DNA from: Ranitomeya imitator
Taxonomy: Eukaryota
Direction of reading: 5' to 3'
Assembly: GCF_032444005.1 (NCBI RefSeq)
Contig: NC_091287.1
Coordinates: 533,634,001-533,698,000 of the forward strand
Length of the DNA: 64,000 nucleotides
Position 1 is the stretch's first letter. Every line of letters begins with the position of its first letter. Below, piece by piece: positions 22,372 to 34,614 of the stretch. The notes under the pieces were generated by a model. The model was given only the letters and a program-made list of their open reading frames with translations, did no database searches and was not told where the DNA came from. The position numbers and the translations under genes were made by a program.

Positions 22372-23553
22372 TGGAGCGCCCGCCAGGGCACTGGTGCACT
22401 CGGGCCGAGTCCGATAGTTCCTTAGGGGTATGTGACACAGCAGCAGTGACCCGGTCCATGGCCCTGGGCGTCCAATGAAAAAAGATGATAAAAAGGGAAA
22501 AATAAAGTTTATAAGGGATTTGTACGTGACGCCACGCGTGGTGTTCGGTCAATGTGGCCGACACTACAATTCAGATCCTCTGGGGCAGTTGGTGACGCAG
22601 CTAAGATGTTTCAGCTTGCCATGGACAGAGCTAGTCCCCAGGGCAGATATGGGTGTTAATTGTGATGATGATGGTTATGATAGTTGTTGTGCAGGGCAAG
22701 TTGCGCAGGAATAATTCAGAGGACACAGCTGAGTGCAGTTTTCAATGCTTTACTCACAGTTCTGCAGATTACTGTATCCAGCCATGTGCTGTGTCCTTTG
22801 GGTCTGTGGTCCAGCCAACCCCGAGATAATTTGGGGTACACTTCTACAGGACTCCTCTCTTATGTTCCTTTCCTGGCCGTCTCATTGCACTGGTTCCCAC
22901 CTCTCCTGCCCTGCGCCTTCACACACAGTGTCCCAAGCCAGCAGCCTCGGACCTTGTCGGGTGACGTCCTCTGCATCCCCTTGCTCCTGTATGGCTGCCT
23001 TTTTAGCCTTTTTAGCGAATGTATGGATGTGGCTGTGGCACCTACATCTGCCACAGCCTCCAGCTTGCAAGCTGAGCCTTGTAGTCCTCCACTAGTCTTG
23101 TGGGCCGGTTCCCCACTGTGACCTGGTCCCTCCACCTGGCGATGGTCAACGTGGATGCGGGCCCCATGGGTGGATTGCTCACTACACGTGCCCCTAGGAC
23201 CCCTTCTTTCTTTCTCACTTTCTGCAACTTCTCTCTCTGTCTTCTGGTGCTGGGATGAGCTCCTCTTTGCTCAAGTCCCCTGCTCCAACTGTCTAACCCT
23301 TTAACTCACTCCTCCCTTGTTTCCATAACAACTCTACTCTCTCCACCCACACCCTCTACCTAGTAACCCTCTCCAGACTGGGATGAGGCCAACCTCCCAT
23401 AGGGTATGCCCAGGTGCCCTGACTGGTGTGGAGAGCTGTTGGATGCTGGGGTAAGAGTCCTGGGTAGTGCCCCCTCCTTACCTGAGAGTGGGATACCACA
23501 CCTCTGGATGAGGTACAGTACCTCTGTGGCAACTGGACCTCAGGGGCACCACA
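22372..23553. mobile_element. Solo-LTR-like sequence (tentative)
   Basis: Weak inverted ends TGGAGCGCCC / GGGGCACCACA and LTR-like composition; no TSD found. Confidence 0.3.
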
Positions 23554-25149
23554 ATAGCATTCCTGTACCAGGTTTCCTGGGGGTGGTAAAGAAGACATAT
23601 TAGGGCATAAGAGGAGAACAGTAAGGCTTGTGGCCCAAGCTTCCTCACCTTTAGAGGTACCTTTGGGAGCAGGGAGAGTTAGGGTCCCAGCACTGCAGGG
23701 CCCCTTTGCCTCTACGTTCAGTCAACATGTGACAGACTGTACATAAAGGGGAATTATAGGAGTGATATATTGCAGGGTCAGGCTTTGTAACGTGAGGTGA
23801 AAAGATTGATGTCCTGTAGGAGCAGGCTGTATATAGAGTAAGCTGAGAGGAGCTGTTTATAGAGGAGGCTGAGAGGAGCAAAGTACTACAAAAAGTGGCT
23901 ACAGTATATCTATTTTATATGTTTTAGTAGCACTTTTAATTTTTTATGTATGGGAACTCAAGGATCTATATTACTGTATATAGTGGCAATTTGGTTGAGC
24001 TCTTGGGGTATTATTGTAAAGAGAAGGCTCTGGTGAAATCATTACTTTTTATTGGACATTAATAAGTCTTTATTATTCTTTGTGGTGCATGAAGTGTAAT
24101 TTAATTTATAAGGGAGCATTATTACTTTTTAGGGGCATACAGGGAATAATATGAATTATTATCTTGATGCTTAGATTGCAGTAACACTTATAGGAGCACT
24201 CAGCGTATTATGACTGTCAAAAGGGGACACATTGCTTTCGGGGGGTGGGCAAAAAGGGCACCATTGCTTTGAAAGGGCACTTTTCCTGTCTAGAAAGCAC
24301 AAGGGGGCATTATTACTATATATACGGGGCACATTTGGGGGGCATTATTAAAACGTGGAGCACTAAGAGGAGCACAGATAGCGCACAAGCTAGTGCAGTA
24401 ATGGGGACGTATGGGACAACAATAGGCTCATTATTGGGGTGACAGCAGGATGAGGAGTTTGTTCAGGTTGGAAATAGATAGGGATGCTGGAGGCGTGAGA
24501 AGTCAAATGTGTTCTTCTTGTAATCTCTGCAGAAGAGCCAAAGCTGGAAGAAGTCGTCATTAAGATCTTGGCCAAATGCAAAAGCAGATAAAAATGAAGG
24601 ATCTCACCAGAAAGAGCGTCACCTGTAAATTACTACGCATAACAGCAATCTCTCATACTGTCTGCAGAACTTGTACCTACTCATACACAGATGAGATGTC
24701 TGTCGAACATTCGTTAAGGAGATGACCATGTTTCCCAATTCCTCCATACATGTGACCATTCAGGTCGGTCGAGTGTCAATGTGTTTTTAATGGAGAAAGA
24801 AGACCAATTGCATTTTACCCCCGAAAACAAAAATGAGGCATTACAACTGCCAAATGTTTCCTTCCTTAGGCATCAGCTGAGTTGAGAGGTCCCCATACAA
24901 ACCAGATGGTCATTCAGTCACGCCAATATCATTGGGTAAAGTTGACTTTCTTCTATTATGTGTGGGGGCCTTACTAGAAAAAGGAAAGGTGAGCTCCCGG
25001 ATATTCCTAAGCGGATTCATTGGCATTAAGGTGACCATAACTCTTTACTATCGCATTTCTCACGATTACTGTCTATTTTTTCACGGATTTGTAAAAAAAA
25101 TGATCAATTAAATAGTTTAAATGAAGGCTCTGAACGTCCCAGGAAACAT

Positions 25150-27650
25150 GCTGATGTGATTATACTGACTTGTCAAATAAGAGGATGACCAGGAGACCAT
25201 GCCGAAGCAGAAACAAACAAGTTTGGAGGAAAAAAGACCCTGTAGATATTTTATTTACAGAAAATTCGATTAATCAGACCGACTTGTATCCGAAGAAGAT
25301 GACCAGTAAATGAGGCTTTAGAGATTACCAGATCTGGTGGAAAATTCTTCTAGAGATCTTTTATTTAGGGAACACGCTGATATGATCCTATGGTATTGTA
25401 GACTGAGAAGATGACCAGGAGATCAGATAGTAACGGTAATTAACAGGACCTGAAGAAAATCTTCTGGAGAACTTTTTATTTGTGGGGAATAAGCTGATGT
25501 AATCACACAGTCCTTTAGGTTGAGGAGATGACCAGGAGATCAGCCTGTAGAAGAGAATTACTAAGCTAGAGGCAAAAACCTCAGGAAAACCTTAATTTTG
25601 GGAACAGGATGATCACATAGATCTGTAGGTTGAGCAGATGATCAGGAGACCGTAGGTGAGCAGATAATCTGTAATTTATATGAAAAACTATGGAAAACTT
25701 TTAATTTAGGAACAGGATGATGTGGTCACGATAGACTTGTAGGTTGAGAAGATGACCAGGAGATCAGACTGTAGCAGAAAATGTATCATCTAAAGAAAAA
25801 GCTCTGGAAAACTTTCATGTAGAGAACATGCTGATATAATCACATAGACTTGTAGGTAGAGAAGATGACCAGGAGATCAAACTGTAGCAAAGAAATACAA
25901 TTTTAAAGTATAAACCTCTGAAGAACGTTCATCTTGTAGATTGTGAGCCCTCGCGGGCAGGGTCCTCTCTCCTCCTGTACCAGTTGTGACTTGTATTGTT
26001 CAAGATTATTGTACCTGTTTTTATTATGTATACCCCTCGTCACATGTAAAGCGCCATGGAATAAATATCGCTATAATAATAAATAATAATAATAATGTAA
26101 GGAACAAGCTGATATAATAACATAGACTTGTAGGTTGAGAAGCTGACCAGGAGACCAGAGTGGAGCTGATAATTAGTCATTTAGAGGATAAACTATGGAA
26201 AACTTTTATTTTGGGAAGAGGATGATGTGATCACATAGACTTGTAGGTAGAGAAGATGACCAGGAGATCAGACTGCAGCAAAGTAATGCAATTCTAAAGG
26301 TAAACCTCTGTAGAATGTTCATGTAAGGAACATTCTGATATAATCACATAGACTGGTAGGTTGAGAAGATGACCAGGACATCAGTCTGTATCAAAGAAAT
26401 ACAATTCTAAAGAAAAACTTCTGGAGAACGTTCATGTAAGGAACATGCTGATATAACCACATAGACTGGTAGGTTGAGAAGATGACCAGGACATCAGACT
26501 GTATCAAAGAAATACAATTCTAAAGAAAAACTTCTGGAGAACGTTCATATAAGGAACATGCTGATATAACCACATAGACTGGTAGGTTGAGAAGATGACC
26601 AGGACTTCAGGCTGTATCAAAGAAATACAATTCTAAAGAAAAACTTCTGGAGAACGTACATGTAAGGAACCTGCTGATATAACCATATAGACTGGTAGGT
26701 TGAGAAGATGACCAGGACATCAGACTGTATCAAAGAAATACAATTCTAAAGAAAATCTTCTGGAGAACATTCATGTAAGGAATATGCTGATACAATCACA
26801 TAGACTGGTAGGTTGAGAAGATGACCAGGACATCAGACTGTATCAAAGAAATACAATTCTAAAGAAAATCTTCTGGAGAACGTTCATGTAAGGAACATTC
26901 TGATATAATCACATAGACTGGTAGGTTGAGAAGATGACCAGGAGATCAGACTGTATCAAAGAAATACAATTCTAAAGAAAAACTTCTGGAGAACGTTCAT
27001 GTAGGGAACATGCTGATATAATTACATAGACTGGTAGGTTGAGAAGATGACCAGGACATCAGACTGTATCAAAGAAATATAATTCTAAAGAAAAACTTCT
27101 GGAGAACGTTCATGTAAGGAACATGCTGATATAATCACATAGACTGGTAGGTTGAGAAGATGACCAGGAGATCAGACTGTATCAAAGAAATACAATTCTA
27201 AAGAAAAAACTTCTGGAGAACGTTCATGTAGGGAACATGCTGATATAATCACATAGACTGGTAGGTTGAGAAGATGACCAGGACATCAGACTGTATCAAA
27301 GAAATACAATTCTAAAGAAAAACTTCTGGAGAACATTCATGTAAGGAACATGCTGATATAATCACATAGACTGGTAGGTTGAGAAGATGACCAGAACATC
27401 AGACTGTATCAAAGAAATACAATTCTAAAGAAAAACTTCTGGAGAACGTTCATGTAAGGAACATGCTGATATAATCACATAGACTGGTAGGTTGAGAAGA
27501 TGACCAGGAGATCAGACTGTATCAAAGAAATACAATTCTAAAGAAAAAACTTCTGGAGAACGTTCATGTAGGGAACATGCTGATATAATCACATAGACTG
27601 GTAGGTTGAGAAGATGACCAGGAGATCAAATTATAGCAAAATAAAACAAA
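25150..27650 (+). repeat. 113-bp satellite array
   Basis: CACATAGACTGGTAGGTTGAGAAGATGACCAGG recurs at 26345, 26458, 26571 ... 27590 (12 near-identical units, period 113-114). Progressively more diverged units extend leftward to ~25150. Confidence 0.92.
25933..26096 (+). mobile_element. L2 3' terminal fragment inserted in the 113-bp satellite
   Basis: Reverse complement of ~2277-2440 with an (AAT)n tail. It splits the satellite motif GAACGTTCAT|GTAAGGAAC. Confidence 0.85.
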
Positions 27651-28305
27651 AATTCCAAAGGAAAACCTCTGAAAAACTTGATTGATATTTTTACAAACTC
27701 TTGACGATCACAACCAGACTTTCCTGAATGGAGCCTAAGCCCGGCGCTGACTCTGGAGTATTTCTACCATGCGGCGGGTTCTGTTTTCCGCCCGTTGCTC
27801 GTAAACATTAGTCGCAAGCCGCGTTCTGCAATCCTATAATTCTATAGAACATGTAGTGACATTACACCGAGATGCAGTAGATTTCTATTGTACGGCAATC
27901 AGTCACCGTACATCTCCCTGACATATAATTATACAGCGTGCCGTGGGTGAGAGCAGACACTCCATTTCCTACCAGCTACGAGTTACTTCTGGATGTCAGG
28001 TTCTCCAAGACATGCCGGCAGCTTGGAGAGGCCTCTATATAATTACATTTTAATTGGATGTTTGATGATTTAGTTCTCGTACCTTGTATACAGACCTGCT
28101 ATGGGAGACAAGACACTTTCGTAATTTTTATTGTAGCTGTAATAAATTATTATGCTCCACCTAGAGGGAAAATATTGGTTAAAGCAAAACGCCACCTATG
28201 GAACTAATTTATATCAGTCACATTATTTGGATGCTTGCTGCACTGTATATGTGTGACATTATGTAGAGAAGATTCTTTTCGGCTCTCTCCGATACCCCAC
28301 CTTAA

Positions 28306-29120
28306 AGGGAATTTGTCAGTAAAATGAAAACCCCCACCCAATTTACATATACGGACATGGAGGTCTTTGAAATGTAAATCCATTGACACTTTTACATCTT
28401 CTATCTGTTGCTGCATTCCTGAAAAATTAGCATTTTAATGCATATGCAAATTAGGTGCTAAGTGCTCTGGGTGCGACTGAGATCTTAAGGGTATGTGCAC
28501 ACGTCCGGATTTTTAGCGTTTTTTTTGCGGAATTTCGCTATAAAAACGCTATAATTCCGCATCAAAAACGCTAAAAATATGCATCCTATCATTTAGAATG
28601 CATTCTGGATTTTTTGTTCAGATGGATGCGTTTTTTACCGCAAAAAAAAACGCATTCCGCAAAAAAAATGGACATGCTCATTCTTTTTGTGGATTTTTTG
28701 CGGATTTATAAGCCAAAATGACTTTCAAGAAAAAAAAAAAAAACGCAAAAATTCCGCAAAAAATCAGCGCAAAAACCGCGAAAAATCCGCGCGGAAAAAA
28801 ACGCGATTTTCTGCCAGAATTCTCCGGATTTTGTCAGGAAAAAAACCTGACGTGTGCACATACCTTAAGAAGCTGTTGCCTCCTCAAGGAGGTTCTCGGC
28901 CCAGTGTCAGCTTTTTTTTTGCATAATTGAGTCTGATTTTCTTGCCTGGTGTCTGAGATCACACAGCTAGGAATCAAGCTAAAGAGGCTGCTGCTGGGCG
29001 GGGAAACAAGCTCTGGAGGCAGAAGCTCCTTAAAAGCTCTGTCACACCCAGAGCACTTAATGAGTCAATTGCATATGAATTAAAATGCTAATTAATCAAG
29101 AATGTAGCAACAGAGCATGG
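28306..29120. mobile_element. TTAA-type (T2/Kolobok-like) MITE remnant hosting a nested MITE
   Basis: Starts TTAA-AGGGAATTTGTCAG. Inverted arms AATTAGCATTTTAAT..GCATATGC..AAGTGCTCTGGGTG / CACCCAGAGCACTT..GCATATG..ATTAAAATGCTAATT. The right end is not clear. Confidence 0.45.
28489..28865. mobile_element. PIF/Harbinger-type MITE
   Basis: TIRs GGGTATGTGCACACGTC / GACGTGTGCACATACCT, TAA/TAA flanks, and an interior of AAAAACGC/GCGTTTTT motifs. Confidence 0.8.
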
Positions 29121-31039
29121 GAGCTTAGGAGACAGAGAAAGTAATTTCTCCATCTCCTCCATTGCCGGCGTCCACAGTTATCGCACTGCACTCAAGTGAC
29201 ATCCGAGTGCAGCGCAATGTTTCACACCCACCTCGGTTTCTTGTACCTTTTTTCTGTTTAATGGCCAATGTGAACATGCGTTTATATGTTGCATGTATAC
29301 CAACTCAAAATCCAGCTCAATTTGAGCGTTAGATTCCTTTTAACGGTACGTAATGAGCAAAGCAGATGAGAAAAAAAGTGTATTTCTGAATAAGATGTAT
29401 TACAAGGTTTATTTTTTTTACATGCACTAATGATTTATAAAAGAACCCCCCTCCAAAAAAAAAAAGAAGCAAAAAACAAGAGCTACTTTTTAAGGATACA
29501 TCTATTTAAGGTCTGTCAGGTGTTTGGGGAAGAATACAAAAATTCTGCCTTAGATTTTTCAATGTAGATAATTATGATTGTTTAGATCTTGGGAAAAATT
29601 TTGTAAATTTTTGTAATTTTTTTTTTACATTGAAGCATTATGAAAGTGGAAACAGGTTTATTTGTGTTTGTACTTTCTGTTTTTTTTTTGCTCTTCTTAA
29701 TGCTTGAGATATATATATATATATATATTTTAGAGGCCTTGGCTATGTGTGTATTATATGATTTTTATTCTGACAAGGAGCCTTTTAGGACCCAATAAAT
29801 TATGGCAGACTTGGGGTCCGTCGTATATTAGGCCATGAAAACTTATCGGCACCCGACAGTTAATAATGGTTTTTATTTCGATAGCGCCAACATAGTCCAC
29901 ATCACTTTACAATTCAGAGGAGACTCCTAAAAACCAAGTTAAACATTACAGAATAACACACAGTTCAACAGATACCAAGAGGAGCGAGGATCCTGCCCAC
30001 AGGATTACACTCTATGAATTTACATTTTACATCCTCTATTTAACCGCTTAGATGCTGTGCTAATTATTGACCCCGGCATTTATACGGTTTGAAGCTAGAA
30101 TCAACTAAATTCTGGAAATGAAAGTATAGAGCCGGCATCCAGTACAGATAATGGATATTGGTGGTAACTACATAGAACGCCACGCATTTCCATCCAGAAT
30201 GAAGGCTAAAAAGTAGGTAGCACTTAAAGTGGTAGTAGTAGCACTTAAAGTGATTGTCTCAAATAATCCAACATCCCATTGGGGGATCTATCACTCCAGG
30301 CCCTCGTTAGGTTTGTCAAGTTTGCACCATCCTTGTATATTGTTTTTCAGGCTGGATATTTCCAGGTATTTGATAAAAGATGGGAGGCGGCTCTTAAAGA
30401 GATTTTGGTTTAAAGGAGAAAGCTCCTTTAAGAGTGTTCTCAAAAGTATTTATTTCTGTAGCAAATAGCTACCCCCTACATGTGCAGGAAGAACCTGACA
30501 AGCCTCGAGTCTGTGGTTTGCAGCGCCAAGAGATGATGACACTGCGGACAGTGCAGCAGGCGGCCGGAGGTCAGGAAACACCCGGTTTCCGTCCATGAGC
30601 ACCGGACCCAGAGAGCAGCAGACGGGTCCCATGCTTACATGATGTAAAAGGTTCCTTATCCTAACTGCTCGATTTCACAACCCTCCCGCCTTCCTGGCAG
30701 TGCTGCTGAGACTTTTCATTTACTTCTTATTATGTTTAAGATTACTTTTTTATATTATGCAAGGAATAAGAAACAGATGTTCTGGATCTGCAGCCCTCGG
30801 TTCCCGGGAAACTGCCGGCTATCTTACGTACGGCTTTATCTTGTGTTTTCGCTATTTTTACTTATTTATGTTCTTGTACCTTATGGAGTCTAGTACAAAA
30901 CAAAAAAAAAAGCTCTTGGCAAAAGTTCTCAAAGTAAGTCGTCAACGCACGCAATGCAATCTACACCTGCACTCGCCTTATTCATCGCCATAGATGTTCC
31001 AGTATGTCAGTGCTATTAAAGGGAAACAACGAGGCAAGT

Positions 31040-31353
31040 TATAGCGAGACCTCTGGTTGTCATGCCAACCCAACGGTGACCCACGATCAGGTGACGGGGG
31101 TCACCGGTGGGCGGATTTCCGGCCCGATGGCTGGAAGCATGCGTTAAATGCCGCTGTTAGAGTTTGACAGCGGTATTTAATGAGTTAATAGCCGCGGGTG
31201 GATCGCGATTCCACCCACGGCTGATCCGGGCACATGTCAGCTGTTCAAAACAGCTGACATGTACCTGGAAAAATGTGGGCTCACCGCCGGAGCCCACATC
31301 AAAGGGAGGGAAGAAACCCCTGCAGTACTAGTATGGTGGAGATCGCAAAGGGG
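31040..31353. mobile_element. piggyBac-like non-autonomous element, right-end fragment
   Basis: Ends AAAGGGG-TTAA (31354-31357). Shares CTGGTTGTCATGCCAACCCA with a fragment near 12600-12620. Confidence 0.45.
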
Positions 31354-31559
31354 TTAAACATCAGCATAAGGAAATAATTGCAGATGTGCATTGTCCATAG
31401 AATAACACTGGGTCCGATTTTTCATTGGATTGCCCTCATCCGATTTATTCACTCCTGTGAGCGAGCCCATACTTTGTAGAACATTACTTTTTAATCGTGG
31501 CATCAAATTTGCCATCCTCCCTAAACAGTGTCTTAATCAACTGCCCATATTGCCTTCGT

Positions 31560-32038
31560 ATCATAGAATGATAGAATGTTAGAGTTGGAAGGGACCTCCA
31601 GGGTCATGGTGTCCAACCCTCTGCTCAATGCAGGATTCAATAAACCATCTCAGACATATGTATGTCCAGCCTCTGTGTGAAGACTTCCATTGAAGGAGAA
31701 CTCACCATAGAATGTTAGAGTTGGAAAGGACCTCCAGGATTCTTGTGTCCAGATCCCTGCTCAATGTAGGATTCACTAAACCATATCAGACATGTCTGTC
31801 TAGCCTGTGTTTGAAGACTTCCATTGAAGGATAACTCACCATAGAATCATAGATTGTTAGAGTTGGAAGGGACCTTCCGGATCATTGTGTCCAACACCCT
31901 GCTCAATGCAGGATTCACGAAACCATCTCAGACAGATGTCTGTCCAGCCTCTGTGTTTGAAGACTTCCATTGAAGGAGAACTCACCACCTCTCTTGGCAG
32001 CCTGTTCCACTCATTGATCACCCTCACTTTCAAAAAGC
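31560..32038 (-). mobile_element. Three head-to-tail CR1 3'-end copies
   Basis: Each copy starts CATAGAAT..GTTAGAGTTGGAAGGGACC (31562, 31706, 31840). The minus strand of the longest copy encodes ..VRVINEWNRLPREVVSSPSMEVFK, a CR1 ORF2 C-terminus. Confidence 0.8.
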
Positions 32039-32890
32039 CTTCATCTGCCTATACCAATAATCTCCACTATTGGAGGAATGTTGGTTTAACACATTTTCAT
32101 TCATCTATTTTCTTAAGCTGCCGATACACCCTAGGATTTCTGTGGGGACAGCATAATAAGCCGCTGTCACACTACAGTGCCTGTTTAGAGTGGAGCGGAA
32201 ATATTAAATCGGAATCAAATTCACCTTGAATTTCGAGAACAAAAAATTGAGATTCACTAGAATCCAGTTTTTTTTGCAATTCAACTTATGCAAACCCAGC
32301 GAAATAGCAGCCTCAAGCCATTTTGCTAAATTCTGAAGGCTAGGAAGGCAAAAAACAAAATATATTCATGTGATACTCACTTCTCTTTCATCCATCAATC
32401 CCTCTCTTCCTGTCCAATTCAGCGCCTCCAGCAAGGACTAGGACACGCGAGGTCACGACGTCATGCGAGGTCAAGTTTAGGCCTCACACAACGTCATGAC
32501 GTTCTTCGCACCGCAGCATCAGGACTTTCCGAAGCCCAGCCAACAAAAGGGGCACTAAAGACGCCAGACAGCAATGTTGGACTGTAGGGAGTGACAAGTG
32601 AGGGCCGGAGAGAGAAGTGAGTATTATTTTTAAAAAATGTTTTAGCCTACCATTAATATGTTCTGTGAATTTGGTGCAATTGGAATTTCCTTGTCGAATT
32701 TGATTGAATTTGCCAAATTAGAATTTTGGCAAATTTGCTTTTAACTTTTTTTCGCTACACCTCCTGTCAGGGAAGAAATGGGAAGCCACCAGACAAATCA
32801 AATGGTTAGCCAATTCTGTTGAAATTGGCGGGTTCGCCAACTTTAATCTAAGGGTCCGTCTTTAGACTGGAAGTAATGGTCTGACATTTA

Positions 32891-33617
32891 AGGCCCCTTC
32901 ACATTTAGCGACGCTGCAGCGATACCGACAACGATCCGGATCGCTGCAGCGTCGCTGTTTGGTCGCTGGAGAGCTGTCACACAGACCGCTCTCCAGCGAC
33001 CAACGATGCCGGTAACCAGGGTAAACATCGGGTTACTAAGCGCAGGACCGCGCTTAGTAACCCGATGTTTACCCTGGTTACCATGCTAAAAGTAAAAAAA
33101 AAACAAACAGTACATACTTACCTACAGCCGTCTGTCCTCCAGCGCTGCGCTCTGCTTCTCTGCTCTCCTCCTGTACTGTCTGGGAGCCGGAAAGCAGAGC
33201 GGTGACGTCACCGCTCTGCTTTCCGGCTCACAGCCAGTACAGGAGGAGAGCAGAGCGCAGCGCTGGAGGACAGACAGCTGTAGGTAAGTATGTACTGTTT
33301 GTTTTTTTTTACTTTTAGGATGGTAACCAGGGTAAACATCGGGTTACTAAGCGCGGCCCTGCGCTTAGTTACCCGATGTTTACCCTGGTTACCAGTGAAG
33401 ACATCGCTGGATCGGTGTCACACACGCCGATCCAGCGATGTCTCCAGGGAGTCCAGCGACGAAATAAAGTTCTGGACTTTATTCAGCGACCAACGATCTC
33501 CCAGCAGGGGCCTGATCGTTGGTCGCTGTCACACAGAACGATTTCATTAACGATATCGTTGCTACGTCACAAATAGCAACGATATCGTTAACAATATCGT
33601 TATGTGTGAAGGTACCT
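32891..33617. mobile_element. PIF/Harbinger-type palindromic MITE (arms C...B)
   Basis: AGGCCCCTTCACAT...GTGTGAAGGTACCT with TTA/TAA flanks; near-identical to 41995-42720. Confidence 0.85.
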
Positions 33618-34329
33618 TAAGCCTTGTCGGCCATACTTGCACTGACGGGGATACATTTATTTGTCACTCAGAGGGTGGCCGATAAGTCACAGACAGATGA
33701 CCCTTCCATAAATTAATTCTCCTTTTGATGATGGTTTTCATCCTAATTTAACCTATAAAGTTACAGATCATATATTTTTTCTTAGGCTAGTTAGGAAACA
33801 AGAAATGTTGGTTAGGGCTGTGATGGAGGAAGTAGCTAACTTCTCCTCCTACATCTACTATATAATTGTCTAAGGATCACTTCCGTCTTTCTGTCTGTGC
33901 TTCTGTCTGTCACGGATATTCATTGGTCGCGGTCTCTGTCTGTCATGGAATCCAAGTCGCTGATTGGTCTCGCCAGCTGCCTGTCATGGCTGCCGCGACC
34001 AATCAGCGACGGCTACAGTCCGATTAGTCCCTCCCCTGCAATCAGCGCCCAGCGCCCGCTCCATTCTCCCCGCAGTCACCGCTCACACAGGGTTAATGCC
34101 AGCTGTAACAGACCGCGTTATGCCGCGGGTAACTCACTCCGTTACTGCCGCTATTAACCCTGTGTGACCAAGTTTTTCTATTGATGCTGCCTATGCAGCG
34201 TCAATAGTAAAAACATCTAATGTTAAAAATGATTAAAAAAATAAAAAAATCATTATATACTTGCGACACTCCGGTGACCGCTCCATGCAAGCGGCATGTT
34301 CCGGTGCCAAGGATGGTATGATGTCTTCC

Positions 34330-34494
34330 AGAGGCCTGGATGTCTTCCTGGAGCAGAACAATATTGTATCATACAATTATTAGGTTCTGTAGAAGGACGT
34401 AGATCTGGGGATTTATTATGATGGAATATAGGCTGAACTGGATGGACAAATGTCTTTTTTCGGCCTTACTAACTATGTTACTATGTTACTATGT
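34330..34494 (+). mobile_element. CR1 3'-terminal fragment
   Basis: Reverse complement of ~48557-48725, with one mismatch seen; ends in an (ACTATGTT)n tail. Confidence 0.9.
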
Positions 34495-34614
34495 ATGGGA
34501 GAAGGACCTGCCATGACGTCATGGTCATGTGACCGCAACGTCATCACAGACCCTGCACGCCTGCACGACAAGGACCTGCCATGACGTCACGGTCATGTGA
34601 CCGAACTACAAGGG

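Noticed and set aside
27990-28053. Possible exon YELLLDVRFSKTCRQLGEA, phase-compatible with the 14926 donor
   Set aside because: There is no good donor before the in-frame stop and it lies 13 kb away; phase compatibility alone has a 1-in-3 chance.
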